From a virus: a stretch of 64,000 nucleotides of DNA. Of the stretch, positions 44,852 through 53,179 are shown piece by piece; the first letter of the stretch is position 1, and each line of letters begins with the position of its first letter. Under the pieces are notes generated by a model that saw only the letters and a program-made list of their open reading frames with translations, was not told where the DNA came from and searched no databases. Location of the stretch: positions 62,111 through 126,110 of IMG/VR virus record IMGVR_UViG_3300045996_004119; one strand, written 5' to 3'. The position numbers were made by a program, and so were the translations under genes.

Positions 44852-44899
44852 CTCCACATCAGACGCTGTCACGCTATCTGCGTCCGTCGCCATGTTGCG

Positions 44900-45166
44900 A
44901 CGCCGTCCGTCGGGTGAGAGCTCGGCGGAGGGGCTAGCCCTGATGGGCTGAGGTCCGGGACCACCGGCGCAAGCCGACCCCGGAGCCCCATGGAAGCGGA
45001 TTCCAAATCCGTGCCCTCCCGGGGCGGTGGGTGCCGGCGCGCTGGAAGCCGGCCGTGTCAGGACGTCACGCGGGCGATTGGAAGGCCCGTACGCCTCAGG
45101 CGGTGACCACACCGGGCGCGAGGCGCTGAAGGGCTCGACGGTCGACCGCCGGGCCCTTCGTCTTTG
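44900..45166 (+). ncRNA. Candidate structured non-coding RNA with a tRNA-Trp-like anticodon arm
   Basis: The ~330 nt gap has no credible ORF but many hairpins, including a GCAA tetraloop (44965-44976), GCGGA-TTCCAAA-TCCGT (44996-45012) and a terminal GAAGGGC..GCCCTTC-GTCTTT; boundaries are approximate. Confidence 0.5.
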
Positions 45167-45183
45167 CGTAGGGTGGAGGCGAG

Positions 45184-45498
45184 ATGCTGAAGGCGTTGAA
45201 CGTCGGGATGATGCTGGCCGCGCACCCCGTCATGGCCGCCGCTGCGGAGCGCGCGCGGGAGCGGGAGGAGACCATCTGCCGGCTCACAGTTCTCGTGGGC
45301 GACCGCGCCGAGGCGCAGCGCGCCGAGGCGCAGCGCGCCGTGGAGCTGGCGGAACGGGTCGGCCTCGGCGCGAGCGCCGTCTACAACATCGCCGCGCGCG
45401 GGGAGCCGCTGCCGAAGACCGAGGAGGAGCTCCTGGCCACCAGCGAGGCGGGGCAGAGGCGGGTCGAGGACCTCGCCAGGATCCTGGGGGTCCGGTGA
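45184..45498 (+). CDS. Hypothetical helical protein
   Basis: GGAGG SD. Confidence 0.6.
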   Translation: MLKALNVGMMLAAHPVMAAAAERAREREETICRLTVLVGDRAEAQRAEAQRAVELAERVGLGASAVYNIAARGEPLPKTEEELLATSEAGQRRVEDLARILGVR

Positions 45499-45704
45499 GC
45501 CTGAGCGCGACGGAGCTCTGCATCGTCGTCGCGACCCTCGTCGGCTTGGCCAAGCCGGCGCTCGCGCTGATTGGCCTGCTCGGGGGACGGATGGAGCGGC
45601 CACCCGTTGAGCCACTCTTCATGGAGCGCCTGTCGCGCTCGGATCCGCCCGCGCTCCCCGAGCACGTCGGCGGATACCGGACGAGCCCATCGGAGCCGCG
45701 CTGA
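45495..45704 (+). CDS. Small single-TM protein
   Basis: GTGA-coupled; hydrophobic N-terminus. Confidence 0.5.
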   Translation: MSLSATELCIVVATLVGLAKPALALIGLLGGRMERPPVEPLFMERLSRSDPPALPEHVGGYRTSPSEPR

Positions 45705-46261
45705 TGTTCTGGAACCACCACCCCGTCCTCCGCTTCGGCCCGCTCGACATCGACACGGGCGCCATCCCCGAGCTCCGGGCCCTCGCTGGCGTCCCGCAGC
45801 CGGCGAGGCATCACCCGGAGGTGGACTCCTGGACGCACGTGCTCATGGCCGTCGACCAGGCGCGCATCCTGACGGACGAGCCGGCGGTGCGGTTCGCCGT
45901 CCTGCTCCACGACCTGGGGAAGGGGACGACGCCGGCCGAGGTCCTGCCGCAGCACATCGACCACGAGGAGCGCGGCGTTCCGCTGGTGCACGCCGTCTGC
46001 GATCGCCTCGACGTGCCGCCGGCTTGGCGCGAGCTCGCCGCCTTGGTCTGCGAGCACCACACGCGCTGCCACCGGGCGACGGAGATGAGCCCGGCCGGGA
46101 AGCGGAGGCTACTGCGTCGGGTCGGCGCCGCCGAGGAGCCCGAACGGCTGGAGCTGTTCCTGCTGGCCTGCGAGGCTGACGCCCGCGGTCGGCTCGGCCT
46201 GGAGCGCCGGGAGTACCCGCAGCGGTGCCTCGTGCTGGAGGCGGCGCGCCGTAGCCCATGA
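45704..46261 (+). CDS. Stand-alone HD phosphoesterase closely resembling the C-terminal HD domain of multifunctional CCA-adding enzymes
   Basis: HHPEVD..H, VRFAVLLHDLGKG.TP...P.H..H...G...V...C.RL.VP, ACEADARGR.G.E...YPQ; no nucleotidyltransferase domain. Confidence 0.85.
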   Translation: MFWNHHPVLRFGPLDIDTGAIPELRALAGVPQPARHHPEVDSWTHVLMAVDQARILTDEPAVRFAVLLHDLGKGTTPAEVLPQHIDHEERGVPLVHAVCDRLDVPPAWRELAALVCEHHTRCHRATEMSPAGKRRLLRRVGAAEEPERLELFLLACEADARGRLGLERREYPQRCLVLEAARRSP

Positions 46262-46464
46262 TCCGCCTCCGCCGCGACACCCTCTTCCGCGCCGACGTCA
46301 CCGCCCTGGAGCGCCTGGCCCGCTGGCTGGGCCTGCCGGAGCCACGGCGCTGGCGCACGGAGCGCGAGCGCAAGGCGAAGCTCGTCGAGGCGATCGAGCG
46401 CCACGAAAAGCGGCTCCAGCGTGAGCACGGCGGGGGCACTGGGCCGCGCCGACGGATCGGGTAG
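46258..46464 (+). CDS. Hypothetical basic protein
   Basis: ATGA-coupled. Confidence 0.55.
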   Translation: MIRLRRDTLFRADVTALERLARWLGLPEPRRWRTERERKAKLVEAIERHEKRLQREHGGGTGPRRRIG

Positions 46465-46514
46465 CGCACGATTCCGACGGCAACCTACCGCGCTCGCTCG
46501 CCGACCTCACGGGC

Positions 46515-46895
46515 ATGCACAACCGTCCGCGTCGTAAGGCGCAGGCCGCCCCCGTCATCACCGCTCTCCAGGACATCCACGCCGCCACGCACCTCCTCGC
46601 CGAGGTGCGCGCCCATCTCGGCCAGGCCCGAGCGGCGCCGAACGCCCGGCGGCGGGCCTACGCGATGCAGATGGCGTGGATCTACCTGGCCGAGGCCGAG
46701 AAGAGGATCGCCGCCATCGCCGCGCCAGGGCTGCGCCGACGCGTCGCGGAGCTCCAGCGGGAGCTGGACCGGCTGGGGCTCGAGGTGACCGTCGCGGCGG
46801 TGGAGCTGAGCCGGCGGGAGCGAGGCGGGGAGGTTGTCAGCCTCGCTGCGGCGCGGGCGCGGAGGGCGGGGAGACCCGGGCGGCGGCCGCGCTGA
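46515..46895 (+). CDS. Hypothetical helical protein
   Basis: Protein-like ORF in the operon. Confidence 0.55.
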   Translation: MHNRPRRKAQAAPVITALQDIHAATHLLAEVRAHLGQARAAPNARRRAYAMQMAWIYLAEAEKRIAAIAAPGLRRRVAELQRELDRLGLEVTVAAVELSRRERGGEVVSLAAARARRAGRPGRRPR

Positions 46896-46957
46896 TCCTG
46901 GCCCGCGTCAGCGCGCTCCCACGCAACCGGCGCCGGGCCCGCGTCGACATCCTCGGC

Positions 46958-47152
46958 ATGGACGACCTGGACCTTGCTGACCTCGACGACCTCGCCGCCA
47001 TCGCAGAAGCCGCTCTCGACGAGCCCGTGGAGACGCTCGCCGTGGCGCATCCCGTCGCGCCGGAACTGCGGCTCGAGGTGACCTTCGACGGCGGCGGCCT
47101 CGTCGCGGCGACGTGGCGCCTCGGCGGCTGGTGGCGCGTGGCGGAGGGCTAG
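46958..47152 (+). CDS. Hypothetical small protein
   Basis: Acidic N-terminus; followed by a hairpin at 47158-47178. Confidence 0.45.
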   Translation: MDDLDLADLDDLAAIAEAALDEPVETLAVAHPVAPELRLEVTFDGGGLVAATWRLGGWWRVAEG

Positions 47153-47311
47153 CCCAGGCGGCATGGCAATTCTGCCGCAAGTCCAAGCACTTACAGTGAC
47201 CGGCCGTCGCCGCGTTAACACATAATTTGCACGTGTCAACTGCAAATCGACACGAAGTGTTAGCTAGATCGCTTGCACGCTGACGCTGCCGGGTCACGCT
47301 CACCAAAGTAG

Positions 47312-47346
47312 CGCGCCCTGAGAGGCTGGCGGTCTCTCAGGGCGCG
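47312..47346. other. Perfect 13-bp hairpin
   Basis: CGCGCCCTGAGAG-N9-CTCTCAGGGCGCG in an AT-richer intergenic region. Confidence 0.8.
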
Positions 47347-47435
47347 GAGGACGACCCGTGCTTGCAGGTCATCCTCTGGATGGCTGAGAAGCCCTTCCGC
47401 GAGGAAGGTTACTCCACCCACTGCGCGCCGCAAGC

Positions 47436-47906
47436 GTGACGACTGCGCCTCGCGCGAGGCGCAGCTACGCGGAGTATTGCACCTTGCACGACAGCGCCGA
47501 TTCATCAGCTCCCACCATCGAAGACCTGCGACGCGAGATCACAGCTGCCATTAGGCACAAGGGAAGGAACCCTCAGCGCTCCGATGAGGAGGCAAGGCTG
47601 CCATTCTGGTCCTGCGATCCCGCAAGCGGGGGCGACGGCGTTAGGTGGGCAAAGCTGACGGCCCAGACCATCTCGGTCGGAGCCCGGGACATCCCGGTTT
47701 GGGTTTACGAAGGGTCGGTGAATGTGTCTGCACTGGACAGTGACGAACGCATGAGCGCCTCGACCCTGCGCGGCTTCGTCGAGCAAAGCCTCGGCCCGCA
47801 ATGCCGGAAGGTGCACCTCGTCTCGCGCGAAGGCGACATCGCTAGGATCGTCGCCAAGTTCCGCTTCGTTGCCGACGAGCACCAACAGCACCGCGCGAAA
47901 ATCTGA
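47436..47906 (+). CDS. Hypothetical protein (AT-richer moron)
   Basis: 156 aa ORF with atypical composition. Confidence 0.5.
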   Translation: MTTAPRARRSYAEYCTLHDSADSSAPTIEDLRREITAAIRHKGRNPQRSDEEARLPFWSCDPASGGDGVRWAKLTAQTISVGARDIPVWVYEGSVNVSALDSDERMSASTLRGFVEQSLGPQCRKVHLVSREGDIARIVAKFRFVADEHQQHRAKI

Positions 47907-48166
47907 AGCCGCCGCCCGCTGTGGACGACGACCTCGGTACTCCTTCTGCGCGTGGTGGGCGGCAGAGATGGGGGAGGCCTAGGAGCTCCATCGTTGCCGC
48001 GCCAGCAAAATTCACCGCGACATCGCCGCGGGTTCGATGGCATGCTCTGCCCAGGTCAACGAACTCCGTGCCCGCGCTGTTGCGGGGCGGGATTCGTGCG
48101 CCTGAAAGCAGAAACCCGGTCCCCACCTCCGGTAAGAGTCTGGGACCGGGCTCAGGAGAGTCGCCC

Positions 48167-48382
48167 GTGAAGAATCACGAACGAATTCCGAGACCAGTTG
48201 TAACTGGTTACAACCGCCTGGGCAATGAGAACCGCGTCCATGATGGACACGGCGTCCATGACGCGCATGGACGGCAGGGTTCCTTCGAACTGAAGCTCAC
48301 CGGGCCAGCCGTCACATTCATCGCCGGCGCCATCGTGGTGTTCATGGGCCTGGTCGCCGCGCGTCTGGCCGGCGGAGGGTAG
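48167..48382 (+). CDS. Small C-terminal-TM protein
   Basis: AGGAG SD + GTG; TM segment AVTFIAGAIVVFMGLVAA. Confidence 0.45.
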   Translation: MKNHERIPRPVVTGYNRLGNENRVHDGHGVHDAHGRQGSFELKLTGPAVTFIAGAIVVFMGLVAARLAGGG

Positions 48383-48391
48383 CCGAGCGCG

Positions 48392-48425
48392 AGCCGGAGG
48401 CGTCGGCGCACTGGCGCCTCCGGCT
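48392..48425. terminator. Hairpin between convergent genes
   Basis: AGCCGGAGGCG...CGCCTCCGGCT, 11 bp stem. Confidence 0.6.
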
Positions 48426-48431
48426 TGCTGC

Positions 48432-51400
48432 TCACCACCCCATTCCGATCTGCCGCGGCTCGCTCCCCCGCCGCGCCGTGGGCGCCGGCCTCTCCGGCGG
48501 CGCCTCCTCGCGCTCATCTCTGGTGAGCATCTCGTAGAGCAGCCGCCCCAGGTCGCGCCCGGCCAGCTCATCCGCAGCCCCGACGCCGGCAGCCTGGAGC
48601 GCCGCGGTCGCGTCGAGCCCGTCCGCGGCCTCGCTCACCCCGACCTTGTGCAACAAGAGCCGGTGCAGCACCTCCTGCAGCGTCCCCTTGTAGACCGGGG
48701 TGTAGACGCGCGCCTGCTTCCGCTGCCCGATGCGCCGCACGCGCCCGATCGCCTGCCGGCGGATCAGCGGGTTGCAGGCCGGGTTTTCGTACCAGACCTC
48801 GGTCGCGAAGTGGACGAGGTTGTTCAACCCGGTCTGCACCGCGACCGGGTTGACCACGAGAATCCGCCGGCCCTTGCCGACGATCTCCTTATCGATCCAC
48901 GCTTCCCGCTTCTTCGGCGCCACCTTGTCGGCCCACAGGATCGGCGCCTTCTCGCCCGTCGCCTCCTCGAGCAGACGCGCGAGCCGAGGCATGAGCTCGA
49001 GGTGCCAGACGAAGACCATGACGTTGCGGCCCTCGGCGAGCTCCCGGCGCACCACGTCGACGAGCCACGCCTCCTTCGGGAGCGGATCGCCCGCGGGGAG
49101 CCCCGGCTGCACGGCGACGGTGCCACCGCCGACCGCCTCGGGATAGCGGATCTCGTAGGAGCCGCCATCGGTGTTGCCGACGTCCGCCGTCGCGCGGTCG
49201 AGGTACGACGGGAGCTCGGCCAGCTGCCCGAACAGCCGCCCGGCGAGCTGGGAGAAGCGGTCGCGCTTGATCTGCTGGATCAGCGTCCGCTGGAGCGCGT
49301 GGTACCGCCTGCCGAGCTCGGGGCCCGGGTCAATCTGCTCGACGATCTCCACGGCCGGCGGGAGGTCGATCCCGAGGTCGTCGACGTGGAGGGTCACCGC
49401 GATCGGGAGCAGGTGCCGCAGGAGCAGCGCGGGCAGCACGCCGGGCGCCTGGCCGCTCGTTCGCTCGACACGCTCCACGCGGTCGGTCATCGCGCCAAAC
49501 GACACGGGCTTCCTCGAGTCCTTGTCGCGCATCTCGACCACCTGCTTGAGGTACCCGTACCGCCGGACGAACTCGCCCTGCTCCTCGCGGCCGAACTCCG
49601 CCCGGAAGGCGCTGGAGAGGCTCCAGAGCAAGATGAACAACGAGGACGCGTAGCCGTTCATGACGCTTCCCGTGAGCGCGATCGTCGGCCGGCGGAGCTG
49701 GAACAGCTGCTGCGCGGCGAGGCTCTGCGCGCTGTCCTGACAGCCCGCTTCATGCACCTCGTCGACCACGATCAGGTCGAACAGCCGCGGATGCCGGCGC
49801 GCGATGTAGTGGGCGAGCGGGACGCGCCTCGGCGACGGGATCGCGTGGAAGAGCGGTTCGTCGCAGGGGGCAGACTCGACCCAGCGCCCGTGAGCGGTGA
49901 GCTTCGCGAGCGCCGTGTGCGCTGCCTCGGCGGAGCCCGCGGGGAGCTTCTCGATGCACACCCGCCCGTCCTGCAGGCGGTACGCGCGCCAGTCGTACTC
50001 GCCGTCGCGCCCGGCGATCATGGCAGCGACGTGCCGCTCCCAACGCTCCCAGGAGGCCCCAGGCGAGGCGTACTGGTCGTCATCCACCGCATGCCCGCGG
50101 AGCTCCTCCGCGAGCGCCCGCTGCGCCTCCCCACGCGGCGGCAGCAGCAGCATCAGCTCGCGGGCCACCTTCCGGAACTGCGCGCCCCAGCCCCAGGCCT
50201 TTGGGTCCTCGAGCGACGCGAGGTAGATGCCGCGCGCGACCTTGACGGTGGCCGCCTCGTCGTTCGCAGCGAGCAGCAGGTGAGCCGGGATGTCGACGAA
50301 CTCGCGCTTCGGCTCGCTCTTCTGGCCCATGATCCACGTCCCGACCCGACGCGCGAGCGGCGCGATCTTCGGCTGCACGGCCGGCCACGAATCCGCGCCG
50401 GCCTCGCGACGCTTCGCCAGTACGCCGAGGAACCGCTGCGCGACGTGGCCGCGGATGAGCTGCTGCACCCCGGCCCGCTCGGGGAACACGGGCGCGAGCA
50501 GCGCGGCGAGGCGCACGGCCATCCGGGCCGCCCGGCCGCTGGCGACGAACTCGGTGTGCTCGCACCGGAGGCGCTTGCGGGCGTTCTCGTCGGCCGGCGT
50601 CTCGATCGCGGTGCCGCACCGAGGGCACCGGCCGGAGATGCCCGCCCAGGCGTGGCCGAGCTTGGCCGCCTCGCGCGACAGGATGCCGATGACCATGCCG
50701 TCGGTCCGGTCCGCCGCGAAGGACTCGACGGCGGCGACGTCATCGAGCACCACCGTGCGCGCCCAGGGGACGACGGCGGCGGCCTGGTCGGTCCAGTTCT
50801 TGAGCAGGTGCGGCGGGCACATCACGAGCACCCGGCGCGCGCCGCGGGTCGCTGCCGTCGCGAGCGCGCACGACGTTTTCCCCGCCCCGATTTCCCCCAG
50901 CAGAATCGCCGCCTTGTCCGGCCCGTCGAGCAGCCGGCAGACCGCCCGCACGGCGTGCCCCTGGGCTGTGTAGAGCTTCCGCGGCAGTTCCGGCAGATGG
51001 ATGGCCTCCGCGTCGCGCGCCGGGTCGTACATGGCCGGGCAGCGCTCGCGCAGCGTCGCGAGCAGGGAGCGGCCGTAGGTGGCCAGCAGGTCGCCCGCGG
51101 TCATGCCTGCGACGCCGCGCGCGCCCGTGACGGCCACGTCCGAACCGAGCCGGTGGTAGCGCCCGGCGCGCAGGTCGAGCGCCGTGATCTCGAGCTCCGG
51201 GTGCTGCACCTGGATCTCGGCCGTAACGTCACCGTCTTTGTTCGTCCGGTGATCCACCGTGGCGAACCGCTTCCTGAACGTTCCCTTCACCAGGAGGGGC
51301 GGCAGGCCGGCGGCCGCGTCGTCCGGGTCGAGTCGCGCGCCCGAGAGCGCGCCGGAGGCGATCCCCGCGGCGATGTGCGCCGGCTTCGGGGCGACCGCGA

Positions 51401-52355
51401 GCGGGAAGGTCGGGGCGAGCAGCTGGTCGAACGGCTCGACGGGAAGCACGCCCGGGATCGGCGCCTGGCGTCCACCGCGATCGGTGGCGTGCCAGGGCCG
51501 CAGCTGACCGAGCAGCCCGCGCACGTCGAGCGGCGCGATCTCCCACCGGCCGAACCCGGCGCCGTCGAGCGGGGCCACCTCGAGCACAGCCGGACCCGCC
51601 GCGGGGAGCTCGGGGATGGCGTCCGCGTCGGCGCCCCACGCCCGCACGCGCGCCTCGACGGCAGGATCGGGGGCGAGCAGCGCCGGGCGGCGCCGGGCCA
51701 CGAGGACGATCTGCTTGAAGGCCTCGAAGTGCGGGGCCGGGACGCGCCAGCAGGTGAGCTCCTCGAAGTGCGTCGCCAGCGTCGCCGCCGATGCGCCGAG
51801 CGCGTAGAACGGGACGAAGAAGAGCAGAGCGCCGCCGCTCGCGACGGCCGGCGCGAACCGGCGAAGCCAGCGCTCCTCGAGGCGCCCGTGCTCCGGGTCG
51901 AGGTCGTACGGCGGGTTGAGCCACATCACGGTGGCCCCGGCGCCGCGCCCGTACTGCTCGCCCCATTGCAGACGGAACGCGTCGCCCTTCGCGACCGAGA
52001 CACGGTGCTCGCGCGAGGCCGCGCGGATCTTTCGGTGGCACGCCTCAGCGCGCGTCGCCTCGAGCTCGCACGCATAGATCTTGTAGCCTTCGGTGAAGCC
52101 CCAGCCGGCGCCGAGCCACCGCTCGACAAGACCCATGATGGCGTCGCCCTCGCCCGCGCACGGGTCGACGATGGCGTGCTCGCGACCCTCCTCGATGCGA
52201 AGCCGCACGAGCGCAGCGATCGACGGGAGCAACTCCTCCGGGGCCGCGTAGAAACCCCCGACGGAAACGGACTCTGGCCTAGCGATGACGCACCTTCCTC
52301 TCCGACTTCTCGAACAACACCACCTGCTCCGCGAGGATCTCCTCGAGCCGCTCAT
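48432..52355 (-). CDS. N6-adenine DNA methyltransferase (DUF6094-like) fused to SNF2/DExH helicase
   Basis: VDPCAGEG (motif I), LNPPYD (motif IV), GEIGAGKT, VDEVHE, LTGS, QAIGRVRRIGQ. The start codon is uncertain (see findings). Confidence 0.9.
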   Translation of the reverse strand: MSGSRRSSRSRWCCSRSRRGRCVIARPESVSVGGFYAAPEELLPSIAALVRLRIEEGREHAIVDPCAGEGDAIMGLVERWLGAGWGFTEGYKIYACELEATRAEACHRKIRAASREHRVSVAKGDAFRLQWGEQYGRGAGATVMWLNPPYDLDPEHGRLEERWLRRFAPAVASGGALLFFVPFYALGASAATLATHFEELTCWRVPAPHFEAFKQIVLVARRRPALLAPDPAVEARVRAWGADADAIPELPAAGPAVLEVAPLDGAGFGRWEIAPLDVRGLLGQLRPWHATDRGGRQAPIPGVLPVEPFDQLLAPTFPLAVAPKPAHIAAGIASGALSGARLDPDDAAAGLPPLLVKGTFRKRFATVDHRTNKDGDVTAEIQVQHPELEITALDLRAGRYHRLGSDVAVTGARGVAGMTAGDLLATYGRSLLATLRERCPAMYDPARDAEAIHLPELPRKLYTAQGHAVRAVCRLLDGPDKAAILLGEIGAGKTSCALATAATRGARRVLVMCPPHLLKNWTDQAAAVVPWARTVVLDDVAAVESFAADRTDGMVIGILSREAAKLGHAWAGISGRCPRCGTAIETPADENARKRLRCEHTEFVASGRAARMAVRLAALLAPVFPERAGVQQLIRGHVAQRFLGVLAKRREAGADSWPAVQPKIAPLARRVGTWIMGQKSEPKREFVDIPAHLLLAANDEAATVKVARGIYLASLEDPKAWGWGAQFRKVARELMLLLPPRGEAQRALAEELRGHAVDDDQYASPGASWERWERHVAAMIAGRDGEYDWRAYRLQDGRVCIEKLPAGSAEAAHTALAKLTAHGRWVESAPCDEPLFHAIPSPRRVPLAHYIARRHPRLFDLIVVDEVHEAGCQDSAQSLAAQQLFQLRRPTIALTGSVMNGYASSLFILLWSLSSAFRAEFGREEQGEFVRRYGYLKQVVEMRDKDSRKPVSFGAMTDRVERVERTSGQAPGVLPALLLRHLLPIAVTLHVDDLGIDLPPAVEIVEQIDPGPELGRRYHALQRTLIQQIKRDRFSQLAGRLFGQLAELPSYLDRATADVGNTDGGSYEIRYPEAVGGGTVAVQPGLPAGDPLPKEAWLVDVVRRELAEGRNVMVFVWHLELMPRLARLLEEATGEKAPILWADKVAPKKREAWIDKEIVGKGRRILVVNPVAVQTGLNNLVHFATEVWYENPACNPLIRRQAIGRVRRIGQRKQARVYTPVYKGTLQEVLHRLLLHKVGVSEAADGLDATAALQAAGVGAADELAGRDLGRLLYEMLTRDEREEAPPERPAPTARRGSEPRQIGMGW

Positions 52356-53094
52356 GGCTCACCCAGCAGGCCACGCCCGGGGCGAGCCCCACGGCGGCCG
52401 TGTCGACCTCGCGGAACCCGAGAGCGCCGGCCTCGCCGAACGTCCCCCGGTCCGGGTTGCCGTACCGGGTCGAGATGCCCCACGAGGCGATCCCCGCCGC
52501 GAGCGCCGCGCAGTAGAGCTGTGCCCAGAACCGCGGGTCGGGCGGAATCGGCAGCGGCGAGCGCCGGGCGAGCGCCGCGCAGAACAGCGCCCCCATCGGG
52601 GCGAGCCAGCACCACAGGCGCGCGTCCTCGCTCTTGCAGCCGAGCCGCCGCACGTGGGCCTCGACAGCGCGCCGATCGAACCGCGCAGCCTCCGCCTCCA
52701 GCCGCGCACGCGGTGGCATCAGGACGAACTTCACGCTGGTCGCGTCGACGAGCCCCGGGTCGAAAACGAAGAGCTCGTGCAGGTACGCCGTGAGGATCAC
52801 GCCCTCCGCGAAACGTTGCTGGCGGTGGACGTAGCCGACCGACTTGAGCAGCTCCACGCGGTCGCCCTTCGACACGCAATCCTCGCCGCGCATGGTGGCC
52901 TTCCGGCCAGCCTGGAGGTTCGCGAGCACCGGCCGCGCCTCGGCCTCGCTGCACGCGAGCTGGAGGAACACGGGGCGGATGGCCTCCGCGGCGCCGCCGT
53001 CCCAGAGGGCGCTCGCGGTCGCGTAGGCGAGCACCGTCGCCGAGAACGAGCGGCCTTTGCCGCCCTCGCCGGTCTCGATCGTCAGCGTGCGCAT
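52279..53094 (-). CDS. Conserved-looking partner protein of the MTase-helicase
   Basis: 271 aa directly upstream and overlapping; GGAGA SD. Confidence 0.7.
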   Translation of the reverse strand: MRTLTIETGEGGKGRSFSATVLAYATASALWDGGAAEAIRPVFLQLACSEAEARPVLANLQAGRKATMRGEDCVSKGDRVELLKSVGYVHRQQRFAEGVILTAYLHELFVFDPGLVDATSVKFVLMPPRARLEAEAARFDRRAVEAHVRRLGCKSEDARLWCWLAPMGALFCAALARRSPLPIPPDPRFWAQLYCAALAAGIASWGISTRYGNPDRGTFGEAGALGFREVDTAAVGLAPGVACWVSHERLEEILAEQVVLFEKSERKVRHR

Positions 53095-53179
53095 TGCGCG
53101 TTCCCCGGCGCGCCGTCGCCAAACAGCCCTGGCTGGGCCATGCCGCTCGGCACTTGTTGCGTTCCGCGCAACAACTCCC

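Noticed and set aside
44938-44996. Hammerhead ribozyme (CTGATGG ... GGAA)
   Set aside because: The core deviates from CUGANGA/GAAA and no stem I/III with an NUH cleavage site was found.
44965-45060. A tRNA-Trp gene
   Set aside because: The anticodon arm is convincing, but no T-arm (GTTCRA), D-loop GG in register, or 7-bp acceptor stem could be built.
49863-50562. Intein in the helicase
   Set aside because: No C/S start with HN-C/S/T end and no LAGLIDADG motifs.
48648-52793. 1381-aa plus-strand ORF, and similar long ORFs such as 687..2798, 26306..28150, 29711..31639 and 42435..44360
   Set aside because: These are antisense or off-frame shadows of genuine genes, expected in high-GC DNA; they are Arg/Pro-rich with no motifs.
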